DNA of 44,309 nucleotides from Candidatus Shapirobacteria bacterium GW2011_GWF2_37_20 (GCA_000989305.1 LBTB01000013.1:1-44309), one strand, 5' to 3'. Counted from the first letter of the stretch, positions 17,510 through 27,590 are shown. Program-made: numbers and translations. Notes: generated from the sequence alone by a model not told the origin.

Positions 17510-18526
17510 ATGAAACATCTTGTCATAGGTGGGGCTGGTTTTATCGGCTCTAACTTGGCTAATACTTTGTTAAAGTCGGGTGATTCGGTCACCATTTTGG
17601 ACAATTTATCCCGTGAAGGTAGTAAAAAAAACTTAGACTGGCTTCAGACTCAGTATCCCAATCTGGAATTTATAAAAGCCGATATCGTCACCGACCAGGA
17701 AATTCTCAATAACGCTGTCAAGTCAGCCGACCGCATCTATCATTTGGCGGCCCAGGTTGCCGTTACCAGTTCCGTTTTGAATCCCCGCCACGATTTTGAA
17801 ATAAACGCTCTTGGTACTCTTAATGTTTTAGAAGCTCTCCGACTTTATAACCCCAAAGCCGTTCTAATTTTTGCTTCGACCAATAAGGTTTATGGAAATT
17901 TAGATAATTTAGAAATTGAAGAAACAGAAAGCAGATATAAACTTAAAAATATTGATGGGGTCAGCGAACTTCAGCCTCTGGATTTTCATTCGCCCTACGG
18001 TTGTAGCAAGGGTTCTGGCGACCAATATGTTCGTGATTATGGCCGTATTTATGATTTAAACACCATTGTCTTTCGCCAGTCATGTATTTACGGCCCCCGT
18101 CAATTTGGGGTCGAGGATCAGGGTTGGGTAGCCTGGTTTATCATCGCTTTAATGACTCAGAAGCCTATCACCATTTACGGTGATGGTAAGCAGGTTCGCG
18201 ACCTCCTTTACGTTGACGATTTAATTCGTGCTTATCAAATGGCCGCTGATAATATTGAAAAAACTCGAGGTCAGGTTTTTAACCTTGGTGGTGGGCCGGA
18301 TAATTCAATTTCAATCTATTTTGATTTCAAAAAATTACTGGAAAAACTCTTTGGCAAAAATCTTTCTCCTCCTTTTCTTCCGGCCCGACCGGGTGACCAA
18401 AAAATTTATATTAGTGACATAAGTAAGGCTAAAAAATATTTTAATTGGGAACCTAAAATTGATGTTGAAAATGGTTTAGAAAATTTATATCTTTGGGTGA
18501 AAGAAAACCTCTCCCTTTTCTCATGA
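17510..18526 (+). CDS. NAD-dependent NDP-sugar epimerase, CDP-tyvelose/paratose 2-epimerase-like
   Basis: GGAGFIG, HLAAQVAVT.S, STNKVYG, SPYGCSKG..DQY..DY and FRQSCIYG.RQFG.EDQGWVAWF. Confidence 0.9.
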   Translation: MKHLVIGGAGFIGSNLANTLLKSGDSVTILDNLSREGSKKNLDWLQTQYPNLEFIKADIVTDQEILNNAVKSADRIYHLAAQVAVTSSVLNPRHDFEINALGTLNVLEALRLYNPKAVLIFASTNKVYGNLDNLEIEETESRYKLKNIDGVSELQPLDFHSPYGCSKGSGDQYVRDYGRIYDLNTIVFRQSCIYGPRQFGVEDQGWVAWFIIALMTQKPITIYGDGKQVRDLLYVDDLIRAYQMAADNIEKTRGQVFNLGGGPDNSISIYFDFKKLLEKLFGKNLSPPFLPARPGDQKIYISDISKAKKYFNWEPKIDVENGLENLYLWVKENLSLFS

Positions 18527-19092
18527 ATAGAAAATCATTATTTTTTTGGCAACCTTCCGTTGATTATCTCCGCCTTCTCTCTTCTACAAAATTAGGTCGA
18601 CTATCATTAATAATTTTAAATTACGCCATTTGGGTATTTTTCTTTTATCTTTCCTTTTTATTGATTAGAACTAATTTTTCCATATTTTGGCAATTATTTT
18701 TTGCTACTATCATCGCTGAAACGGTGGAGAGACTTATTAAGAAGAAGGTGTTCTGGCGTCGGCCCATGTTTGTACGACATGACCTTACTCCAACGGGTTT
18801 AGTTGATAAATGGTACCGTTCCGGAGCCTTCCCTTCCGGTCACACGATTAAAGCAGCTTTCTTCTTACTCTTTATTCTTCAATACCCCGTTTTTTCAATT
18901 CCTCTTTTTTTGGCGATTTGTCTTTCCCTTTTATTTTTTCGAATTCTGGTTGGTTTTCATTACCCCATTGATGTTCTTGGTGGTGCTCTGATCGGCCTAT
19001 TAATTTGGATACCTGTCCATCTGATAAATTTTTCTCCTTCCCTAAATTATTATCTGCAACTTATTTTTAACACTCTCTTTTTTATAAAATAA
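18523..19092 (+). CDS. PAP2-family membrane phosphatase
   Basis: K.....RRP, FPSGH and RILVGFHYPIDVLGG. Start at ATG 18523 (ATGA overlap). Confidence 0.9.
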   Translation: MNRKSLFFWQPSVDYLRLLSSTKLGRLSLIILNYAIWVFFFYLSFLLIRTNFSIFWQLFFATIIAETVERLIKKKVFWRRPMFVRHDLTPTGLVDKWYRSGAFPSGHTIKAAFFLLFILQYPVFSIPLFLAICLSLLFFRILVGFHYPIDVLGGALIGLLIWIPVHLINFSPSLNYYLQLIFNTLFFIK

Positions 19093-19096
19093 TTCT

Positions 19097-21340
19097 ATGT
19101 TGGCTGATTTTAAATATATTTTTATTTGGTGGTTAAGTCTGTTTTTTCTTTCCTCTCTTTCTTTGCCGTTAATATTCTTACTCTTTCAAAAATTCTGGGA
19201 CAGGGGTTACATTTTTGCCAAAACCCTTTCCCTCTTTGTTTTTAGTTATCTGTTATTAGTTTTAGGTATTTTTCATCTCACTTCATTTACCCTCAACACT
19301 ATTTACACGATTATTGCCATTTTTGTCTTATTAGATATCTTTTTAATATTCAAAAATAAATCATTCTTCGCTGGCATCTTTCGTCGTTATTGGAAGATAT
19401 TTCTTTTTGAAGAAATTTTATTTTTTATTATCTTAACTCTTTGGTCCTTTGTTCGCGGTTTTGCTCCAGACATTGAAGGGTTGGAAAAATTTATGGATTG
19501 GGGTTTTGTTAATTCTATTTTAAGAAGTCAATATTTCCCTCCCGCCGACATGTGGTTTGCCGGTCAGCCAATTAACTATTATTATTTTGGTCATTTCGTT
19601 TTTGCTTTTTTAACTAAATTTTCCGGCATTAGTTCAGCCATTACCTATAACCTTTCTATTGCCACCATTTGCGCCTTAACCTTTCTTTCTGGTTTTTCCC
19701 TTACTTCAAATTTAATTTATCTATCTCTTAAAAAACCACTTTTTCGTCTTTATTTTTTTGGTGGTCTTCTCTCTGCCTTCCTTTTAACCTTCGGGGGAAA
19801 CCTTCATACCGCCTATAAAATTGGTAAAAATATTGTGATTGAGGATCAGAGTTTTTCCGAAGCCTCGTCCCTATATTGGTACCCCGATGCTACCCGTTTT
19901 ATCGGTTTTGATCCGGACACAACCGACAAAACAATTCATGAATTTCCTCTCTATAGTTTCGTGGTAGCCGATCTTCATGGCCACATGAACGATATTCCCT
20001 TGGTTGTTTTTTTTATGGCCTTCCTTTTTGTTGCCCTGACCACTGCCTCGAAATTATCAGCTTACCTCTTTCTTCCTGCCGGCTTTCTTCTCTCTTTGGC
20101 TTATATGACCAACGCCTGGGATTTTGCTGTCTACGGTTTACTTTTTGGTCTTAGTTCATTATTGCTTACCAAAAATTTTTGGAAAACTCTCACCTCCGGT
20201 CTTTTTACAATCGCTGTTTGGATTATTTTTACTCTTCCTTTTTCTTTAAAATTTTCACCCATGGCCGAGGGTTTAATGCTGGTTGACGCTCGCACTCCTT
20301 TTTACCAGCTCTTTATTTTATATGGTGGTTTTTGGCTAATATCTCTGCCCTTTATATACTTTTTTATTAAAAATTTCCGTCATAAAAAACTACCTCCCGC
20401 CGATTATTTTGTCGTCGCCCTTTTTATTACCGCCACTCTCTTAATCATTATTCCCGAATTAATTTATATAAAAGATATCTACATTTCTGAATATCGTCGA
20501 GCCAACACCATGTTCAAATTGGTTTATCAGGCTTTCATTATGTATTCCCTGATTTCTGGATACATTTTCATTCGCCTCCGTCAAAAGTTTCTCTATCGTT
20601 TTCTTTTTTGCCTTGTTTTTATAATTCATTTGTCTTATTCCTACTTTGCCATTAAGTCGTATTACGGTCTTAAAAGTTATCGTGGTCTTTGGGGATTACA
20701 CTTTTTACAAGTATCTTATCCGGATAACTTAGCTGCCATTAACTGGTTAAATAAAAATGTTTCCGGACAACCCCACATTGTTGAGGCTTCTGGTGACAGC
20801 TATACCACTTTCAATCAAATCTCTATGGCCACCGGCTTACCCACCATCGAAGGCTGGCTTGTTCACGAATGGCTCTGGCGTGGAGGTTACGAAGCTCCCG
20901 CTGCCCGTGTCGCCGAAGTCGAAAAAATATACAATTTTCTCTCCCAAAATTCTCAGATAAAAAATAATACTCAATCTTCAGAAGAATATATTGTTAGTCC
21001 TGGGGATAGTTTATGGAAAATTTCTAAACAAGAACTAAATAATGAATTTTTATGGAAAAAAATAGCTGAATTAAATAATTTAGAAAATCCATCTCTAATT
21101 TATCCATATCAGAGGTTAATTATTCCAATCGATATTCCAAACAATATTGTTGAAGGTAATGTTGATGTTTCAAATATCGATGAGGTGAAATCTATTTTAG
21201 ACAAATATCAAATAAAATATATCTTTGTCGGGGACAAGGAGTATGAGAAATACCCCGACATTAATTTTGAGAATTTTAATTTCTTAAACGCCAAAATTGT
21301 TTTTGAATCAGGTCAAACCAGAATTTACCAACTACCTTAA
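19097..21340 (+). CDS. DUF2298 / Chlor_Arch_YYY-type polytopic membrane protein (putative GT-C) with an inserted LysM domain
   Basis: EKFMD.GF.NS, PP.D.WFAG..INYYYFG, I.EFP.YSF...DLH.H, NAWDF, R.NT.FK, TGLPT..GW..HE..WR. LysM YIVSPGDSLWKIS...IAELNNL.NP.LIYP.QRL.IP at 20984-21127. Confidence 0.82.
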   Translation: MLADFKYIFIWWLSLFFLSSLSLPLIFLLFQKFWDRGYIFAKTLSLFVFSYLLLVLGIFHLTSFTLNTIYTIIAIFVLLDIFLIFKNKSFFAGIFRRYWKIFLFEEILFFIILTLWSFVRGFAPDIEGLEKFMDWGFVNSILRSQYFPPADMWFAGQPINYYYFGHFVFAFLTKFSGISSAITYNLSIATICALTFLSGFSLTSNLIYLSLKKPLFRLYFFGGLLSAFLLTFGGNLHTAYKIGKNIVIEDQSFSEASSLYWYPDATRFIGFDPDTTDKTIHEFPLYSFVVADLHGHMNDIPLVVFFMAFLFVALTTASKLSAYLFLPAGFLLSLAYMTNAWDFAVYGLLFGLSSLLLTKNFWKTLTSGLFTIAVWIIFTLPFSLKFSPMAEGLMLVDARTPFYQLFILYGGFWLISLPFIYFFIKNFRHKKLPPADYFVVALFITATLLIIIPELIYIKDIYISEYRRANTMFKLVYQAFIMYSLISGYIFIRLRQKFLYRFLFCLVFIIHLSYSYFAIKSYYGLKSYRGLWGLHFLQVSYPDNLAAINWLNKNVSGQPHIVEASGDSYTTFNQISMATGLPTIEGWLVHEWLWRGGYEAPAARVAEVEKIYNFLSQNSQIKNNTQSSEEYIVSPGDSLWKISKQELNNEFLWKKIAELNNLENPSLIYPYQRLIIPIDIPNNIVEGNVDVSNIDEVKSILDKYQIKYIFVGDKEYEKYPDINFENFNFLNAKIVFESGQTRIYQLP

Positions 21341-21367
21341 GTATTTTTTAATGACATAATCTAAATC

Positions 21368-23263
21368 ATGTCCGATATCTTTTCCGGTTTAAATGAATTT
21401 CAAAAAGAAGCGGTTATTTATCAGGGTAGCCCTCTTTTAATTTTGGCGGGCGCCGGTTCCGGTAAAACTAGGGTCTTAACTCATCGGGCTGCCTATTTTG
21501 TTCAACAAAAATTAGCCAGTCCAGGGGAAATTTTATTGCTTACTTTTACCAATAAAGCCGCCGGGGAAATGAAACAGCGCATGGGTCGACTTCTAAATGA
21601 TAAAAAAGCTGACAATCTTTTTGCGGGGACTTTCCACTCTTTTGGTTGTCGCACTCTTCGTATTTATGGACAACACTTAGGTATTTCTTCAGATTTTGTT
21701 ATCTACGATAGTGATGATCAGGAAAATTTAGTCCGCTCTCTTCTTTCGGAAATGGGACTGACTCCCAAGGAGTTCAAACCGTCTTCAGTTTTGTATTTTA
21801 TTGAGGCCGCTAAAAATTCTTATCTTACTCCTCAACAAGCCACTGCCCAGGCTCATGGATTTTGGGAATCTATTGCCGCCAAAATATATGTTAAATATCA
21901 ATCCAAGCTGATGCAAAATCAGGCTCTGGATTTTAATGACTTACTGTTTAAAACCGTTGAGCTCTTTCAACAATATCCTCAAGTTTTAGAAAAATTTTGG
22001 CAGAAATACCATTATATTTTAGTTGATGAATATCAGGACACCAATCAAATTCAATACTTATTAACTAAACTACTTGCCGCCAAATATCGTCAAATCACTG
22101 CCGTCGGTGATGCCTCCCAATCAATTTATGGTTGGCGTGGAGCTGATTATAAGAATCTGTCTGCCTTTACAGTTGATTTTGCCGACACCAAGGTTATTAA
22201 TCTTGAGCAAAATTATCGTTCTACTGAAAATATTTTAGAAGCCGCCAATGCTGTGATTTCCAAAAACAATAGCCATCCGGTTTTAAAATTATTTACCACC
22301 AAGAAAAGCCCCGCTAAAATAAAAGTCTTTGAATCCGATTCTGAAATTTCCGAAGCCGACTATGTTTCTCAAAAAATTAAAGAACTTCATGACACCCTTC
22401 ATTTTGCCTACAAAGACATTGCTGTTTTGTATCGCATGAATGCTCAGTCCCGAGCCATCGAAGAATCATTTTTAAGAAATACTATTTCCTATGTCCTAAT
22501 CGGTGGCCTTCGTTTTTACGATCGTGCTGAAATTAAAGATATTATTGCTATGCTTCGCGTGGCTCAAAATCGAAAAGACTCTCTTTCAGCCGCCCGGGTG
22601 GAAAAGGCCTTGGGCAAGCGCCGCAAAATTATTTTTGATCAGCATTTAGATAATTTAAATGTAAAAAAATTATCTTCTATTCAAATCCTGGAATCTTTAG
22701 TTATAAATTCCGGCTATTTGAGTAAATATAATCCTCAGGAGGAAGATGACCTGAAAAAAATTGAAAATATTAAAGAGTTAAAATCTGTTGCTGCCACCTA
22801 TCCTAAAATTAATGATTTTCTTGAAAACGTTGCCCTGGTTCAACAGGAATATTCACTCCAGGAAAAAAATAAGAAAAAAGAGAATCGTGAAGGTGTTCGC
22901 CTGATGACTCTTCATAGTTCCAAGGGTTTAGAATTTGACGTTGTTTTTTTGGTTGGTTTCGAGGAGGGGATTTTGCCTCACTCCCGTTCCATGATTGAGG
23001 ACAATGATATCGAGGAAGAACGTCGTCTTTGTTATGTTGGGATTACTCGTGCCAAAGAACTGCTTTACATTACTTATGCCTCTCGCCGCCTCTTTTTTGG
23101 CAAATCGTCTCTAAACGAAGCCTCCCGCTTTTTACACGATATCCCAGGTAATCTTATTGAGTGTGAAAGTTCTAGTGAAGTTACCAGAGATCTTCGTTCC
23201 TCACATCGTTTTACGAAACAGGATTCCAATTCCGACTTAGTCTACGACCCTGATATTTATTAA
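21368..23263 (+). CDS. pcrA: ATP-dependent DNA helicase PcrA/UvrD
   Basis: LAGAGSGKTRVLT, TFTNKAA.EM, LVDEYQDTN, VGD..QSIYGWRGA, LEQNYRST, MTLHSSKGLEF and EERRLCYVGITRA. Confidence 0.93.
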   Translation: MSDIFSGLNEFQKEAVIYQGSPLLILAGAGSGKTRVLTHRAAYFVQQKLASPGEILLLTFTNKAAGEMKQRMGRLLNDKKADNLFAGTFHSFGCRTLRIYGQHLGISSDFVIYDSDDQENLVRSLLSEMGLTPKEFKPSSVLYFIEAAKNSYLTPQQATAQAHGFWESIAAKIYVKYQSKLMQNQALDFNDLLFKTVELFQQYPQVLEKFWQKYHYILVDEYQDTNQIQYLLTKLLAAKYRQITAVGDASQSIYGWRGADYKNLSAFTVDFADTKVINLEQNYRSTENILEAANAVISKNNSHPVLKLFTTKKSPAKIKVFESDSEISEADYVSQKIKELHDTLHFAYKDIAVLYRMNAQSRAIEESFLRNTISYVLIGGLRFYDRAEIKDIIAMLRVAQNRKDSLSAARVEKALGKRRKIIFDQHLDNLNVKKLSSIQILESLVINSGYLSKYNPQEEDDLKKIENIKELKSVAATYPKINDFLENVALVQQEYSLQEKNKKKENREGVRLMTLHSSKGLEFDVVFLVGFEEGILPHSRSMIEDNDIEEERRLCYVGITRAKELLYITYASRRLFFGKSSLNEASRFLHDIPGNLIECESSSEVTRDLRSSHRFTKQDSNSDLVYDPDIY

Positions 23264-23281
23264 GTTAAAATATATTAATCG

Positions 23282-24322
23282 ATGATTACCCGTATTTTAT
23301 ACAACGAAGAAAAAGAAGCCTATTCTAGGGTCGTTATTCATCCTGTTCAAACCTGGGAGTGGGGGGATTTTCAAGAATCACAAGGTCATAAGGTTTATCG
23401 TCTTGGTGTTTTTGAAGATCAGAAAATGCTTTCTGGATATATGGTTTCTTTTCACAAAATCCCTCACACCAATTTTTCCATTGGTACTATCCTTCGTGGT
23501 CCTGTCATTGACAAAGACATGATCGAAAACATCAGAAAAATTGCTCAAAACGAAAATGCTATTTTTGTTAAATTTGAACCCGACGACATAGAAAAAATTT
23601 ATGACAACAACTGTCAGCTAATTAAAAATAAAAGTGTTCTATTAAATTTTCAATCCCTGATCACTTCTCCAAAAGTTGCTTTTTACCCCCACACTTTTAT
23701 TGTTGACCTGACTAAAAGTGAAGACCAACTGTTAGCCGACATGTCTCAAAAAACCCGTTACAATATCAAGCTGGCTAATCGTCACGGGGTCACCGTTTCT
23801 CATTCCGTCAAAGATGAGGATTTTGAAATCTATCTAAAGATGCTTTTTGAAACCACTAAACGTCAAGGTTTTTATTTACATTCAGAAAGCTATCATCGTC
23901 ATCTTTGGTCCGTTCTTAAGTCCACCGGTATGGCCCAAATTTTTCTGGCTTCTTTTCAGGGCCAGGTCTTGGCCGCTTTTATGGTCTTTAAACTAAAAGA
24001 CCGACTATTTTATCCCTATGGTGCTTCTTTGGATATTCATCGGGAAGTTATGGCTCCGACTCTATTGATGTGGGAAGCAATTAAATATGGCCAATCTTTA
24101 GGTTTAAAAACTTTTGATATGTGGGGTTGTCTTGGTCCTGACGCCAATGCTAGTCAACAGGGCTTTGGTTTTCATCGTTTTAAGCAAGGTTATGGTGGCA
24201 ATCTGGTCCAATTTGTCGGCACCTATGATTTAGTTATCAATCCCAAGCTTTATAAACTCTATAATTTGGTTGACAAGTATCGTTGGATTTTACTCCGCCT
24301 CAAAGCCTTCATTTTCCGCTAA
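23282..24322 (+). CDS. FemAB/FemX-family peptidoglycan peptidyltransferase
   Basis: QTWEWG.F, RGPV, VDLT..E..LL..M..KTRYNI..A, YPYGAS, LMWE.I, FD.WG and RFKQGYGG. Confidence 0.9.
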   Translation: MITRILYNEEKEAYSRVVIHPVQTWEWGDFQESQGHKVYRLGVFEDQKMLSGYMVSFHKIPHTNFSIGTILRGPVIDKDMIENIRKIAQNENAIFVKFEPDDIEKIYDNNCQLIKNKSVLLNFQSLITSPKVAFYPHTFIVDLTKSEDQLLADMSQKTRYNIKLANRHGVTVSHSVKDEDFEIYLKMLFETTKRQGFYLHSESYHRHLWSVLKSTGMAQIFLASFQGQVLAAFMVFKLKDRLFYPYGASLDIHREVMAPTLLMWEAIKYGQSLGLKTFDMWGCLGPDANASQQGFGFHRFKQGYGGNLVQFVGTYDLVINPKLYKLYNLVDKYRWILLRLKAFIFR

Positions 24323-24330
24323 AATACACT

Positions 24331-24633
24331 ATGTCGGACAACTTAATTACTGACGCTGTTTTTCAACACACCGCCAAACTTTCCCGTCTCGAGATCAAAC
24401 CCGAAGAAAGCTATATCAAAGACCAGTTGGCTCAGGCTGCGCAATATGTTGAAGTATTAAAAGAATTAAATACCGACAATGTCCCTCCAACCTATCAGGT
24501 AAACCATAAGAGTAATGTTTTGCGTGAAGATGTTGTCAATGATTCTTTATCCCAAGACCTAGCCTTATCTCAAGCCGAAAACACTACTGATGCTTATTTC
24601 AAAACCGCCCCCACAATCAATAAAAACAAATGA
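24331..24633 (+). CDS. gatC: Asp/Glu-tRNA amidotransferase subunit C
   Basis: H.AKLSRL, L.ELNTDNV.PT and NVLRED.V; precedes gatA. Start at ATG 24331. Confidence 0.9.
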   Translation: MSDNLITDAVFQHTAKLSRLEIKPEESYIKDQLAQAAQYVEVLKELNTDNVPPTYQVNHKSNVLREDVVNDSLSQDLALSQAENTTDAYFKTAPTINKNK

Positions 24634-26027
24634 CCGATTTAAATAAATTAACTCTAAAAGAAGCCCGTGAGGGATTATTGTCCAAAAAATTTACGGCAGT
24701 TGAATTGACTCAATCCTGTTTAGACAGAATTAAATCATTAGATAAAAAATTAAATTCTTTTGTTACTGTCACCGGTGAAGATGCCTTAAAACAGGCGCAG
24801 TCTGTTGATATTAACTTACCCCTTGGTGGTATTCCCATTGCCGTCAAAGACAACTACTTAACCAAAGATATTCGCACCACTGCCTCTTCCCGGGTTTTGG
24901 ATAATTATCTTGCTCAATATGACGCTACCACTATTAAAAAATTAAAAAATGCCGGCGCCATCATTATCGGTAAAACCAATTTAGACGCCTGGGCTCACGG
25001 TTCCAGCACCGAAACTTCCGATTATGGCCCAACTTTAAATCCCTGGAATATGGAGCATCTCCCTGGTGGTTCTAGTGGTGGCTCTGCCGCCGCTGTTGCC
25101 GCTGATGAAACCATTATTTCTGTTGGTTCCGAAACTGCCGGTTCTATCCGTCAGCCCGCTTCCTGGTGTGGCGTGGTCGGCTTTAAACCCACCTACGGTC
25201 GCGTTTCCCGCTATGGTGTCATTGCTATGAAATCCAGTACCGATTCTCCGGGTCCCATTTGTAAAACCGTTGACGATGCTGCCAATCTTTTAGAAATAAT
25301 GTCTGGCTCTGATCCTTTCGATGCCACTTCCATCGACGAACCACCCTGGAAAAAACCGGAATTAAGACAAAACCTTAAAGGTCTAAAAATTGGTTTACCT
25401 CTTTCCTATTTCCCGCCTCAAACTCAACCAGAAGTAAAAGAAGCGATTCTAGGCGCTGTTGAGACGCTAAAAAAACTTGGCGCTGAGATCATTGAATTGT
25501 CCGATGTCTTAGATCCCAAATATTCCATTGCAGTCTATACAATTTTGCAACGTTCTGAAGTTTCCAGCAATTTAGCCCGTTTTGATGGCATCCGTTATGG
25601 TCATGACCGCAGCTTTTTTGGCACCGAAGCCAAACGTCGGATAATGCTTGGCACCTATTCTTTGTCCGCCGGTTATTACGATGCCTATTATTTAAAAGCT
25701 CAAAAAGTCCGCACTCTTATTTGTCAGGATTTTGATAATCAATTTAAAAAAGTCGATGCCATTATCGGTCCGGTCTCTCCCACTACCGCCCTAAAAATTG
25801 GTGCTTCTGAAGGTCAGTCGATGTTTGGAGAAATCCAGGACATGTTGGTTGAACCATCAAGTATCGCCGGATTACCGGGTATTTCCATTCCCTGTGCTTT
25901 CGATAAAATCGGCCTTCCCATCGGTCTTCAAATTATGGCACCTCAAAAGCGCGAAGACCTTGTTTATCAAATCGCTAAATTATTTGAAGACAATACTGAT
26001 TACCATTTAGAAAGACCAAAACTATGA
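24630..26027 (+). CDS. gatA: Asp/Glu-tRNA amidotransferase subunit A
   Basis: GIPIAVKDN, GKTNLD, PGGSSGGSAAAVA, GSIRQPA, SSNLARFDG.RYG and RRIMLGTY.LSAGYYDAYY. Confidence 0.97.
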   Translation: MTDLNKLTLKEAREGLLSKKFTAVELTQSCLDRIKSLDKKLNSFVTVTGEDALKQAQSVDINLPLGGIPIAVKDNYLTKDIRTTASSRVLDNYLAQYDATTIKKLKNAGAIIIGKTNLDAWAHGSSTETSDYGPTLNPWNMEHLPGGSSGGSAAAVAADETIISVGSETAGSIRQPASWCGVVGFKPTYGRVSRYGVIAMKSSTDSPGPICKTVDDAANLLEIMSGSDPFDATSIDEPPWKKPELRQNLKGLKIGLPLSYFPPQTQPEVKEAILGAVETLKKLGAEIIELSDVLDPKYSIAVYTILQRSEVSSNLARFDGIRYGHDRSFFGTEAKRRIMLGTYSLSAGYYDAYYLKAQKVRTLICQDFDNQFKKVDAIIGPVSPTTALKIGASEGQSMFGEIQDMLVEPSSIAGLPGISIPCAFDKIGLPIGLQIMAPQKREDLVYQIAKLFEDNTDYHLERPKL

Positions 26028-26182
26028 TTCGTAAAATATTTATTTTTTTTCTAGCTATCATTTTTTTATACATCTGTTTATTGGTTTATAGATTTTTACC
26101 TTTATATTTAGCAGGTCGAAATGAACCAAAACATTTTTCTGGTTCACCATGTCAAACCGGTGAAGATTGTCCGCCACGATAA
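26024..26182 (+). CDS. Unannotated 52-aa single-TM protein between gatA and gatB
   Basis: MIRKIFIFFLAIIFLYICLLVYRFLPLYLAGRNEPKHFSGSPCQTGEDCPPR. ATGA overlap with the gatA stop; ends 4 nt before the gatB ATG. Confidence 0.65.
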   Translation: MIRKIFIFFLAIIFLYICLLVYRFLPLYLAGRNEPKHFSGSPCQTGEDCPPR

Positions 26183-26186
26183 AACT

Positions 26187-27590
26187 ATGAAAACTACACC
26201 CATCATTGGACTCGAAGTCCACGTCGAACTAAAAACCAAATCCAAAATGTTTTGCGGATGTAGTGCCGACCATTTTCATGTCGAAGCCAACACTCACACT
26301 TGCCCGGTCTGTCTTGGGCTTCCCGGCGCCCTTCCTGTTCCCAATAAAACTGCCTGTGAATGGTGTGTCAAATTAGGTCTGGCTTTAGGCTGTTCTATTA
26401 ATGAAGAATCTTTTTTTGAACGCAAAAATTATTTTTATCCGGACCTTGCCAAGGGTTATCAAATTACCCAGCTTCAAAAACCTTTTGCTGTTAACGGTAA
26501 ATTAGATATCGATGGTCATGAGATAAGAATTAACCGCGCTCACATGGAAGAAGATACGGGTAAGTCAGTCCACGTTGATGGTTCTACTCTTTTAGATTTC
26601 AACCGCTCCGGCGTTCCTCTCGTCGAAATTGTCTCTGAACCCGATTTAATTTCTGCCCTAGAGGCTAAAAAATATTTAAATAAACTCCAGCAAATTATCC
26701 GATACATCGAAGTTTCTGATGCTGATATCGAAAAAGGTTCCATGCGTTGCGAACCCACGGTCAACGTCAAAATTGAAACTGACAGTGGGGAAGTTGTTTA
26801 TACTCCTCTGGCTGAAATAAAAAATGTCGCCTCCTTAACCGGGGTTATGAATGCCATAGATTTCGAAATTAAACGTCAAATTGATCAGTATCAATCCGAT
26901 GGCGTTGCCAAAAATTCCACCAATAAAACTACCCGCGGCTGGGATGCCGATAAAAATCAAACCTTTTTACAACGCGAAAAAGAAGGCAGTGCCGACTACC
27001 GTTATTTTCCTGAGCCCGACATTCCTCCAATAACTTTTACGAAAGTTCAGGTCGAAGAAATTCGAAAAACTCTTCCGGAATTACCCGACCAAAAAATCAC
27101 AAAATATAAATCTCTAAGTTTGTCTGATTATGATGCTAATTTACTGGCACAAGATTCTGTATTTTCTTCCGCTTTTGAAAAAGCATTAAATAATTCCGCT
27201 AATTTATTAAATGGCGCCATTCGTACGGCACTCAATGAAAACCAAAGTGAAATTGATCTCAACAAAATTAATGCCACTCATTTTCAAGATATTTTTTCCA
27301 AAAAGTCTGAACTTTCTTCAACTGCCATCAAACAATTAACTTTGGAATCTTATAACTCCGGTACCAATCCCCTAACTTTTGCTAAAGACAATAATCTATT
27401 CCAAGTCTCTGATACTGGCGCTTTAGAGCAATTTGCCAAAGAGGTGATTGAAGCCAATCCCAAAGCTATTGAGGACTATCGCAAAAATCCCCTTGCCATC
27501 GGTTTTCTCGTCGGCCAACTTATGAAAGTTTCTAAGGGTAGTGCCAATCCTCAAACCGGTAAAGAAATCCTCGAAAAATTGCTAAAATAA
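26187..27590 (+). CDS. gatB: Asp/Glu-tRNA amidotransferase subunit B
   Basis: IGLEVHVEL.T.SKMFC, CPVCLGLPGALP, RKNYFYPDL, HMEEDTGK, DYRYFPEPD and a Yqey-like tail. Start at ATG 26187. Confidence 0.97.
   Translation: MKTTPIIGLEVHVELKTKSKMFCGCSADHFHVEANTHTCPVCLGLPGALPVPNKTACEWCVKLGLALGCSINEESFFERKNYFYPDLAKGYQITQLQKPFAVNGKLDIDGHEIRINRAHMEEDTGKSVHVDGSTLLDFNRSGVPLVEIVSEPDLISALEAKKYLNKLQQIIRYIEVSDADIEKGSMRCEPTVNVKIETDSGEVVYTPLAEIKNVASLTGVMNAIDFEIKRQIDQYQSDGVAKNSTNKTTRGWDADKNQTFLQREKEGSADYRYFPEPDIPPITFTKVQVEEIRKTLPELPDQKITKYKSLSLSDYDANLLAQDSVFSSAFEKALNNSANLLNGAIRTALNENQSEIDLNKINATHFQDIFSKKSELSSTAIKQLTLESYNSGTNPLTFAKDNNLFQVSDTGALEQFAKEVIEANPKAIEDYRKNPLAIGFLVGQLMKVSKGSANPQTGKEILEKLLK

Noticed and set aside
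21368-23263. Short PcrA (trimmed 2B region, no C-terminal domain) as a pseudogene
   Set aside because: All helicase motifs are intact in one frame, consistent with ordinary streamlining.
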